A stretch of 59,261 nucleotides of DNA, counting the filler, from Dugesia japonica (Eukaryota): NCBI GenBank assembly GCA_001938525.1. It is 4 parts of 4 records of this genome, joined end to end, with 100 filler letters (N's around TTAATTAATTAA, not from the genome) between each part and the next. Parts side by side here need not be neighbours in the genome. Positions count along the whole stretch, not along the records: positions 1 to 17,208 come from MQRL01634311.1; 3 more parts are not named here. The stretch is one strand, 5' to 3'. Made by a program: the position numbers and the translations under genes. Positions 1-12,400 of the stretch are shown piece by piece (position 1 is the stretch's first letter; every line of letters starts with the position of its first letter). Below the pieces are notes generated by a model. The model did not search any database. It was not told where the DNA came from and was given only the letters and a program-made list of their open reading frames with translations.

Positions 1-116
1 AATGCTATTTTGTATATTTATTCTTTATCAATAATGGAATAATAGAAAAATAATTTCCAACCGAATAATTAAATTTTTAATAACGAATTTTTCAATAAAA
101 TATCATATATCATTAC

Positions 117-422
117 TATAAAACATTATTGACCATTTTCCATTAATCAGCTGTTCTGTAGAATTATTCCATTTTACAATCCAATGAAAATGCGTACATA
201 CCATTCTAGGATCTGTGTTTTCAGATTGTAAAGGATAAATATAATTCAATTTTAATTTTAAATCACTGAGCAAAATATTTAAATCCATTGAATATATATT
301 CAAATTTACATAAGATAAAATATCCGGAAAATTAACTTTAGATGTTTGTATGATGACTTTATTTAAAAAAACATTATAACTACAAGGATGGGAACAGTTA
401 ATTGTGTTGTATTCAAAAAAAT
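117..422 (-). CDS. Divergent domain exon 6 (xFFEYNTINCSHPC...RMVCTHFHW...WSIMFY)
   Basis: Acceptor tttctag, donor gtaatg, 306 nt, phase 1-1, open. NTINC aligns with the NITC/NIQC start of the other repeats. Confidence 0.6.
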
Positions 423-3400
423 CTAGAAATAATTGTCAAGAAATAAATTTCAATATTATTTGAATTAATTATTACATGTATTTAACTTTGTCATAAAATG
501 AACACAAATTAAAAAAAAAAATTTCAGTCAGACAAAAAATACTTATACCACGAAAAAGTAGATATTGTTTTAGAAAAGATTGTACTGAATATAGCACATA
601 TAGAACGAAGCAGGTCCATACAAAAATTCTTAATTGTGAATATTGATCGATTTATTAACTTAGTCAGTTTATCTGCAGTTTGAAAAATCGATCATAAAAC
701 TATTATTGGAATAATTCAGAACTAGTAGATATATCATTTTGAAAATGGGTTTTTTGGTTCTAGAAATTTACTGGTATCTCCCCAAGCTCTCTGCAGAAAT
801 TGATCCTAACGATTTCATTTGTGATCAGACATGCCATTATGAATGCAAAAATTGTGTATAATCAAACATTAGAAGAGTTATTGAAGATAACAAATATTTT
901 TTGATTTAACAAATTTTGTTAATATAGATTGACTTTGTTTTATATTATATTTATTTTGCGTTTTTTATTTGTTTGTAAACATAAATATGACAAATAAAGT
1001 AATAATAAGGAACTATAACATAACAACAATTAACGATGACCCATGTTTTATCACATTATGTAAAAGCTCCAATGTCATGTGCATTGATTATGCAATATTG
1101 TTAATTTAATTCCTGAAACATCTATATCATGTACAGAAATACTTAAATTTTATCAGTAAAATACTAATTTTAATCAGCCATACACAAATATATCACAAAC
1201 AAACAATAATTTTGCACTATTGTAACTAAACCTTCAATAACCAATTTAATACAAACTTCATTAAATCATGCAACTTTATTAATCAAATATGCATTAATTT
1301 ATTAATATTTATGACATCATATTCATTTCATGGCAAAACATTGATTTCATAAAAAATTTTATTATCATACACATATAGGTAAATTTATTAAAACAAATTT
1401 CTTTTAAAAATGTACACTAAGTTCTGCAAGTCATATATTACTTTCATTAGTATATATAAAATTTTAGTAAAGTGTATACTAAATTTATTAAGTTGCATAT
1501 AAATTTCATCAATACTTATAAAAAGTTTCAATCGATTTACACAAATATTTAGGAAATTCTTGTTTCTAATTGAAGTTTGTGTATATTTATTTAATGTTTT
1601 TATAACAAATTTAATAAACAATATATTTTTATAACATACATCGTTGAACATCATGTATTCATCCAACATATAAAACTTTTTATCATAAAACATAAAAATT
1701 CGAAACCATCAATAAATGGAAATTCGTTGCATGAAAATTTCCATTAAACTCATATTTATAAAATTATAATTCGTAGCATTAAATTGTAAAATCATATACA
1801 AAATTCTAAGCCAACGCCTATAAATTAATATTTAATGCAAAAATTTAAACTCGTGACATAAAATTGTAATCTGAAATACTAAAACACCACATTAAAATAA
1901 TAATCCATCATACTAAAATCAAAGCAAATGCATAATAGTTTTAAATCAATACAATAAAATTCTAATTCAGCGTATTAATATTCTATTAAGTCAAATGTCA
2001 ATAAATACATGAAAAATTAAATAAATATGTACTAATTTTAATAATTCATACACTAATTTCATAGATATTTAATAAAATATGAATTGAGATAAAAAAAATC
2101 ACATAAGATTTACACAACTACTTTAGTAAAACATTGACTAAGATATATTAGACTTCATTGAAAAAATACCTTAGATCAAATTAAATTTTTGTTTTATAAA
2201 TATATTCGAATTTTCGACTATTTACTTTGAAGCTATTATTTCAAACAATTATTCTCGCAATTATTGTAATTGTAAAACATTAAATAAAGTAAGAACTAAA
2301 TGTTTAGCACGTACAAAACCTAACTGAAAATAAAATTTTCAACAGATAATATAAATTTGAAATAACGGAAATACATTCCAGAATTGCAACGTACTTTTTG
2401 CATACTTCTGGGGTAACGAATGAGTTGGTGCTCTCATATCGTCTTACTGTCCAATCCTTTTATTTTTTCAGTTCCTGTTATTTATGATAATATCCATTTG
2501 ACAGCAGTGATACACAGCTTTAATAAGACCAATGGACTTTTTATCTATGTCATGTTTCTCCAAAATTCCTGTTATTAGTTTTAATTGCAAATTTCCAAAG
2601 GCATCTTCGATGTCTAGAAAAACGACATGATTATTTTCTTCTCTCAGTTGATTCTAATAACCAATTAATGGCAAAATTGTCTTCAGTACTTAATAAATAC
2701 TCTTAAAATTAAAGGCGATCAATGGTTAATGAAAATAATTGGAAATAAACATGTTTTCACGGCTGATTATAAAAAATGTAGGATGCATACATTTAACAAA
2801 ACACCAAATAATCACAAGTGATAAACCTATCAACATAAAACTGAACAAGCCACCAACAAGCTTAAAAGCTAAATTTAAGACACTATCATTAACGTATATG
2901 AGAATAATATCATCCGGAAATGCAACTATCTGTAGAGTATCTCTGTAATTTGTGTTAGGAAAAAGGAAAAGAAGGACAAAAGGATCTGCTCGTATTTCAG
3001 ATAAATGAATTTAAGTAAATATATAAATTATTCGAATTTAAATAAGTCTCTAAAAACTTGCTAGTTTCATAACATTTAATTACACCACGTTGCAATTATT
3101 TTTATTATTATCATTTTTATTAGGCGGTTTAATAACCATAATATTTATTATGACAATCTAAAACAGGAGGAATAAATATATATTTAATTATGATTGGAGC
3201 AGCCAACAGCAAACAAACATTGACCTGTTGTGTTGACAATACTGTTGACAATACAGCACTTTTTTGGGATACTTAATTCAACGCTCCGACAATCTCGACT
3301 TCGGTCGGAGCTTGGTCATTTGGATCTTCATCTTGATAATAATTTGACCCGTCATTACAGTAGTGACCTTTGTTTTCTCTACATGCACAATCTTCCTCAT

Positions 3401-6400
3401 TTTCCTCAATTGAATTAACGTGAATTCCATTCCTCTTTGTGTAATTATTCGTATTATTTGAATAATATCTTTGCTTGCCATTTCCGAATTCTTTTCTGGC
3501 CTGATAACTAAAATGCCTGTTCATATTTGTGTTACAATTTTTTGCGCAATGGCCTCTCCTGTTGCATCTTGAGCAACTAACTTTGGTACAGTTTCTTCTC
3601 AAATAATGTTCAGATACACAAGCATAACACCTTTTTTCTTTCTTGATAATTTCTGCTTAGATGACCTTAGATTCGTGTTGAAATTTCTTTGTTCTGGACT
3701 TCTGCGAACGGCATCTCTGTAGTTACAAACTACATTTATTTCTTCAGTTCTTACTTCGTCTTTTATGTCTTCACACTATTTTATTGCTTTAAATACATCT
3801 TCTACTTTCTCTATTTTTCCTGATTTGATTTTATGTTTAATCTTTCTGTCATCGCAACTATTTATTATTAGTTCTTTTGTTAAGTCATCTTTGTTCCATT
3901 TATGAGCCATTAACTTTTCTATCAAACCTTCAATCTTCTTCTTATAGATATTTATATATTCTCCATTCCTTTGATAATTTAGAGCTTCCTACATATCTTT
4001 AATCATTGTTGATGGACTAAAGAAAGCCTTTCTGAATCTTTCTTCAAATCCCAATGATTCGTCTTCATTTAATAGATTTCCCTTAAATCTTTATCTATGA
4101 ACTCAATTGCAACCAAATTCCCATGGCTTTTCTTTATTCCGTATAGATCACAAAATTTCGTTGTCTTCAAAATAAACTTTTCGACAACATCGNNNNNNNN
4201 NNNNNNNNNNNNNNNNNNNNNNNNNNNNNNNNNNNNNNNNNNNNCCATTTTGAAAATTTTCACCCCTTTAAAATAAACAATAACCTTAGGTGTGAAAAAT
4301 CACACTTTATTTGACCTCAAATTAATTTTTTGTTTTAATTAATAAGAAAAATTTCAAACATTATTTATTTTACTAAAAAATTAAAAGCCTTATGAAATTC
4401 AAATAATTTTTTCTATTGTTTTAATTAACATGAAAAATTTCAAACCTTAATAATGTTTTATTAAAAATTAAAATAGTTGTGCATTGAGCATTATTAATAA
4501 AATAATAATAATTATTATTAATATTATTAAAAGGGTTTTCATAGTTGTGAATTTTACCTTAGGTGTGAAATTTCACACTTTAGTTGATCTCAAATTATTT
4601 TTTTGTATTTTACACATTATTCTTTTTATTAAAAAATAAAAGCGCTAAAGAAAAATAATATTTTTTATTAGCATGTAAAACTTCACGTATTATTTATTAT
4701 TTAAATGTTTTTTATAAGTGTGCACATTATTCTCATTTATTGAGTATTACTATATATAGAAACATTGTTATTAAAACAATCATTTTATTTTATCGACGTG
4801 TGATTAGTTAGGTGTGAAATTTCATACTTCAATTGACCTAAAATTATATTTTTGTTTTAATTAACATGGAAAAAATTTTGAATTCTCACCCCTTTAGAGT
4901 AACTTTCACATCCTAAACTTTACAATTTTTTTGTTTAAATATACATTAAATGATTATTATTATTATAATTAATAATATTATTTAAGTGCATAAGATCCAT
5001 TCGTTTTCTATGTACAAGATCCATTAGTTTCATGTGTAAAAAATTCAATTGGATTTATGTGTATAATACTCATCGGTTTCATAAGTCCAAAAGACTCTTT
5101 TTGGTTTATTGCGTTCATTGGGTTCAATTGTGTTATTGGGTTCATTGTGTATGTATTGTAGTACCCTAGATGGTTGAGTATGTCTATTATTGGAATATAT
5201 TGAGTCAGTTAATTGTATTTGATGACCCTATTAGGCTAATTGTGTGTCTTTATATGATTTATTATATGTATTATATGGTTCTATTGAGTACAATATGTGT
5301 ATTATACAACTCTATAGGATTTAGTGTATAAAACCCATTGGTTTTCTATGTATAAGACTATATTAAGTTATTTATGTGTATTTAAGTGACTTTATTGGGG
5401 ATATTTATATGTATATTATACGACTATTTCGAGTTTATTGTGTGTATTATCTGAATATATAGGGTAAATTATGTGTATTATATGACTATATTGGGCTTAT
5501 TATACGCATTGGACTGTAAGTATGGAGTTTATGATGTGATTTTAACTAGTTCAATTGAGTTATTTGTATGCATTTAATGACTTTTTTTGTTAATTTTGTA
5601 TATTGTATGTGTTAATGGATTTATTTTGTGTATTATATGACTATATTGGGTTTATTGTGTGTATTATATGTCTTTATTAAGTTTATTGTATGTATTATAT
5701 AACTATATATGATTTATTGTATGTAATTATTTGTATGTATTAGGTTTATTCTGTGTATTTAAGAGACTTTATTGATTATTTGTGTGTATTATACGACATT
5801 ATTGGGTGTAATTTCTGACATTATGTGTATTTGCGTATTATATGAATATATAGAGTTTATTGCGTGTGTGTATTATAACACTATATTGCGTTAATTGTTT
5901 ATTTTTTTAATATTTCAAATAAAACAATTTCAAATTTAAAAATAATATTTAGAAATCACAAACCAGATTTTGGAATTATAAATTTTATTGATTTTTCATA
6001 TACATATTTATTGTCAACCATTTTGACAAAACATCCACATTTAATATTGTATTTTAACCATAACCGTTTTACAAATAAATGTTGATTTTTTACAGAAAAA
6101 TGTTGTAAAATGTATGTTGATTTTGAATCATTTAACAAACTTGGATTGGATTGATTCAACACAATCCAGTCGTTTGTAAATTGACATCTCCAATTCATTT
6201 TTAGTGATTTACCATATGAAGAAATACATTGGATATTCGTGTTGAAATTAAAATGTTCTGGGTATAATTCTAACTTTGGTACACCTAATGAATCCAATAA
6301 TTACTTAAATTATCTTTAAATATTCATTTTTAAATTAAATTTTTAAATTCAAAAATAGCGAAAGTAAAATAAATCTCAGAAATAACGTGTTAGATGTACC

Positions 6401-9400
6401 GTAAACTTATGTAGATTTTTTAAAATCTATTTTTTATCTTATAATTAAATAAATCTTATTGTTTATATATTGCATTTTGTTTGAATATTCAAAAACTACA
6501 AAGATGTCCAAAAATGGNTCTCTTAATGGTTCGCCTCGAAACAAGAAAAATTCTTTTGGAACNGAATACACAAGTTACCTGAAAGATGGGAGAAATGTGT
6601 AGTTAATAATGGACATTTCTTTGAATGAAATATTTTTATGTATCCTTTCAAATTTTCGTGTTTTGTTTTTCGAAAAAATTCGCTTTACTTTCCGGTACAC
6701 CTAATACTATATTATTGTTTCTTAACAAAATCAAGTTATGAAATAAGGATAAGAAAGATTTTTGAGATATTTTCGAAAATCAATAAAAAAAATCTATTGG
6801 GCTTGCAATTTAGAAATTATGGAATTTTAAATATTAGGTTGTTCAATAATTTCTGAAACGGTTTCTAAAAATCTATTTTTATCAAGTATTAAATAAATTT
6901 CAGTTTTATTAATTATCACAAGAGTTTGATTAAAGTAAATAGTATTTAAATAAAAAATCTGAGAAATTTAATTTTCTTTTTAAGAAAAATATTATGAAAT
7001 CATTAAACAACAAACTATCAGAAATTTCCAGAATGATTTCTGAGAAAAAATTTAGACTGTCCATAGATGAATGGTGTAGTTTTAAAAATCTGCGATATAT
7101 GAAAAATAATATTTATTATGGAAATGGCGACTCTGATAATTTCGAGTTTACTAGGATAAAAGGTATATATAAATTAGTAAATTTAAAACTTTTATCATTC
7201 GGATTTAGTTTTCAAAAAGATATTGTCCTCGTAACAAGCGATGGGATCAGTGTAGTGGTAAAATTTGAAAGAGAATCCCCGGCATATCACCAACTTTGCT
7301 ACAATTACACTAGTAATTCAGATATTGTTGGTAGGTATAGAATAATTAAAATTATTTCAAACATGTGTGTATTTAGTTGATATTTAAAATAATTATTATT
7401 ATAAATAATACGTATTAAAGATTTTGAAATTATTATGATGGTAGATAAAATCAAAAAATAATTATTATATTATTAATAAAAGTTTGAAAATATTTGATAA
7501 ACGCACTTGTCATTGGTAAGGTAAAATATTTGTATTGATATGGGAAATAACTAGAATTATAAGTGGCAAGACACCAACATGTTATGTTGACTAAAAGTAA
7601 AGTGAAATTAATATTCATNCGATTTGATGAGTCTATAGTAATTCGTCTAAAGATATAACTGGAATATGCAGATAAATTATGAATTTTTGAACGATCTTCA
7701 ATCAAAACTGAATGGTTGTCAAGATTACAATACCATTTCACCAAAATAAATTTATTATATTCAGTGTAGCACTCTATTTTATCTTTAAATTTGATTTTTT
7801 TTGGCTTTAGGAAGATTTTTTCTGAATAAATCGCATAAAATAATTAATCATCAAATTTTTTAAATTAACCTGTTTCAGGTAATTTAAATTCTATTATTGG
7901 TAGAGTTTGCGGTGAGATGAAATATAAAAATTTCATTTCACAAACACAAAAAATCTCTTCGTTTAATGCTCCATAATTCAAATATATTATGTTATCAGCA
8001 ATTCGTAAACTTTCAATGAATTCATTATAAAACCTTTTGGTAAGATTAGAGTAACACCTCCAATTGTAAACTAAATCCCCAATATCGAGAAAAAAACATT
8101 TTAAATTTTGAAAAACGATTGGCTTTGATGGTATCAGAATTGGATTTCTTAAATCTATGGTTAAAAAATTAATATTTTAACTAATATAAGCCTTATCTAT
8201 TATGTTATTTAAGTTATCAATTCATTTAATTCAGTGGTCCGCAAACTTTTTCTGTCGCGGCATACCTTAGTTTCTTTTTCGAATGAAATGTTCCGTGGCA
8301 CACAATTTGTAGACAGCTGATCTAGCGTAAAATTCCGAAATTTTTCAAAACACCCACTTATGGACTTTTAGAAATCTTTTCGTGGCACAAAGCTTATTCA
8401 GACCACTGACTTAATTAGTAAATTGAATAATAATTACCGGATTTTCTCATGAATAAGACCTGGTCTTATTTTTAGTTTTGGTTTTTTTTACGATACTAAA
8501 AAACCGAAAATAAGACCGATCTTATTTTCCGGAATACATATTTACGCAGAATTATGTAATTTCAAAACTCTAAATTTATTATTATATATACAAATGAAAA
8601 TATATTTAATATTAAGAATTTTATTGAATGAATTTAAAATCCTCTCTGAATTATCATTTAACTCGGGTACTAAATTTTTCATCACCATTTCTTCTTTTTT
8701 GACATTATTTTGGCTGGACGATATTGAGTAGAAAATAAATTCCCATGAAGTTGACGAATTCAATATCGCTCATAAAATTATTTTATTGATTATTTATTGA
8801 GATTACATAATTATTGTATAACTAGAAAACAGCTTCTAGCAATATATTATTTTACGGAACATTATAAACACTATTTATACGGGGAAAGATTTAAACTTTG
8901 AACTGATCACAAAGCGATTACTTTTATGATTAATACAAAAAGAACCTATTACTCCACAATTCCAGACATGGATCAATTATATAAGTAGTTTGGATATGAT
9001 TATGGAATACAGCAAAGGAGAATGTCATTTAAATGCTAACACAATTTCGAGGAATAATTACGAAACATATATTCAATGTCAAATGAATCATGAGAATGCG
9101 AAAAAAGGTAAAATGAAAACAAAAGTCTTAGCTTCAAACCAATTGTAATAAATGGCAGGAAAAGTCTGAAGAAATTAATATTATAAAAGGTAACTTAAAA
9201 AATGGTGAAATGAATTCAAAATTTAATTATCAAATGGTATCATAATGACAAATAATAATAAAATTTTGATTCCTTTAGAATGCAGAAAATTATTTGTAAG
9301 AAATGAACACAAATCATTATGTCATATAGAATTTCAAAAAATGGGAGCTCATATAAGAGAAAATTATGATATTGAAGGCCTAGAAGAAATTGTAAAAGCG

Positions 9401-12400
9401 GTTACTGAAAGTTGTAAAAATTTTCAATTAAGAAAAACACTGACTCAAAAAAAGAAAAAATTATCAGTATTCCAGTTGATGACATCTGTGAAATCATTCA
9501 TATTGATTTTTGTGGTTCTTTAAAGAAAACATTTTATGGAAAACTATACATTTTAGATATAATTGATGAATTCAGTATATTTATATCTTTCAATGCAGTT
9601 TCACATTAAGAGGAAAAAACCACTGCTACAATATTAAAAAATAATTTGATTTTAAAATATGGTGCACCGAGAATAATACATACAGATCGTGGGAAATCAT
9701 TTGAATCAAATCTATTCCAACAATTAGCTAAGGAATTAAATCCAATAGTCAAGTCCATATCATCATAGTAGCAATGGAATAATTGAAAGACAATTTCGAA
9801 CTATAAGAGATCCTTCATATTAGCTTACAAGATAAGAAAAAGCAGGACTGGGCTGAAATTTTACCAGAAATAGAATTCATGTTGAACACCACAATTCAGA
9901 GAACAACGAATGTATCTCCAGCTGAAATAGTTTTTGGGAAAAATTTACATAAAGAATGATAAAAGAAATATAAATGAAAGAAATCTAAAGCGTAAAAGAA
10001 TAAACAATTTAAATAACCATGAAAATTCCAAAAATTTCGAAAAGAATAATACAATTAGAAAATTTATTATTGGTAACGAAGTTTTAATTAAAAGAGAAAG
10101 TACACATACAAATGAAACCAGATATGAAGGACCGGCAATAATTATTGAGAAAATACATGATAGGAGTTTTAAATTAGAACTTACTAATGGTAAAAAAATA
10201 TGAAATATTGAATGGTTAAAACACTTTAAAAGGGAGGAATGTCAGATATGACTAAGAGTAATACAATACTTTCATATTGACCTTTATACAAGTAAATTGA
10301 CATATGTATGTGATAATAGGTGAATACGTGATTGACTGTTTGAATGTGTACATGATTTTAGTGCTCAGATATTATTGCATAACTGATTCCTCACTTATAT
10401 ATTTTATATATATAATTATATATATTTATTACAGTGCCATTTTGTTTTTAGAATATATATTTTAAGCTTAATTCGTTTTTAAGTCTAACAAAAATATTTT
10501 TAACAAACATAAAGTTTTAACACATATATACGCTCTTTTATTAGTTTCATTTAATAAAATTAGATAGTTTGTTAATTGAAATATTACATGATGGACTCAA
10601 AACAAGCCAAAATATTAATAATAATGAGTTTATATTCACAAATTAATAATTAATAAATTATTTCTAAAATTACCAGAATTATTGCGAGAATAATTGCTGG
10701 ACTTAACAGTTGATCCCATTTTAAAAATGCAAACAATTTTGAAAAACTTTCTAATATTGTTAAAATCAATCAAAAAGTTAAATCCTGAAGAAGACAAAAG
10801 TCTGAAATTTGAAATAATAACATCTAAAAAAAATTACAAAAAAATATAAAAAAACAACATTTTAATGAAAAATAAATTAATTATTTATAATTAAATTAGT
10901 AATTAAAAAATGCATTGACAATAATGAAAAGAATTTCGAAAATTTCTATTAATATGAATCATTCTGTAAATTTTCGTTTTTATATCAAAAATACATACTT
11001 AATTTGGCTAAGGTTATTGATACATTACTCTTTAATTTATAATTTTTTATGTATAATGAACAAGTACATTGGATATTATCTTTGTTAGAAACGTAATACA
11101 AAGATAGATTTTCTTCGGATGGCAGTAATGAATAATAAAAATTTGTTTGATAATCATTTATTAAACTAATATTTGAAAATCCTAATACTATATTGTTACC
11201 GTTAAAATCACACGACCATGAATATGAATATGAGTAAGATACTTTTGGTATACAAGTAATATTTCTGTACAATTCCAGAGGATTTGGGGTAATTATTATT
11301 TGCATGAATTCTAAATTAAAATACTTTAAATGTTATAACGCAAATATTTTATATATAATAAAGTAAAAAAAAAATGAGGTGACACAAATTTAGAAATTGA
11401 AAGATATTACAAGAATGCCAAGTAATTAGATGGATCAGCAAAGTAAGAAACAATAAAATTAATTTCATTAGAAATTTTACGCTTGAAAAATTTCAATTCC
11501 TTTATTTAAGAAAAAATGACCTTTCGATATTTTCATCAATGAACAAGAACCAAGAATAACAATTTTAGAATGATTATTCAAACACACATACTCATTGGGA
11601 TTTTCAATTTAGTGTCAATGATTTCTGGATAGAAATAATTCGTAAACAAAATATATGAACAATATAAATCCGATTCTTCTTGAAAGCTAGTGTCAAAAAA
11701 TATGTATTGGTTTACCACATGGATTGTACTACATAAGTAATCAATATATGGGTTTTTTAGAAAATTGCAAAATTCACAATCCCATTTAAAATATTTCAAA
11801 TAATGATTATGTAAGAATATAACCGCAATATTTGTCCTTAAAGTTTGGGGTGATGTTATTTGAAGTAATGGTAAATCTAGAAAATATATAATCTAATAAA
11901 TTTAAAAATAATTTAAAATAAATTTAACAAATAAGGAACTTTTAACATAATTAAAGTAAATTATGAATTAGTAAAATAATTACACAAATAACTACAGAAA
12001 TATTTCGAATGGTTCGTTCAATCGGTTCCAGTGAATTTAGGAACTTTTCGATGAGTCAATAATATGCAAACTATGATAATAATCTTTTTTTCCATTTATT
12101 AATGTCATTTAATATAATATTATGTAATTCGTATTATGCCATGAAAATTGACCACGTTGATTGATTTTATTTTTCTGTTTTTTAAATAAAATACAGATTT
12201 TGCATATTTTAATACTTAGATATTATACGCCGAAGAAATATAATCAATATTTCTAATAAATGGAAACGAATAAGACGCTAAGCATTTTCTGATGAATCAA
12301 ACCTCAATTTAAACATTTAACATTTATTCAAAATGACTACAAATAGAATAAGACAAAATGAAAACAAGAAAAAGGATAAGAAATGTATTTAGTTATGTAT

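Noticed and set aside
103-210. GPS/GAIN (adhesion GPCR) reading of CTHFHW...NGKWS
   Set aside because: No following GC...CxCxHL motif is visible, and exon size and phase match the other domain exons. Not fully excluded because the gene runs off the window.
1388-1693. 101-aa ORF (and the 143-aa ORF at 22819-23250)
   Set aside because: F/I/K/N-biased translations of low-complexity or tandemly repeated AT-rich DNA.
4245-4950. CRISPR-like array of spaced palindromes
   Set aside because: Spacing is about 250-270 bp, the intervening sequences resemble each other, the context is eukaryotic, and there are no cas genes.
10640-10825. Apparent additional phase-1 exon of the Ig-like gene
   Set aside because: It coincides with the dispersed hammerhead-like repeat and lacks the Cys/Trp pattern.
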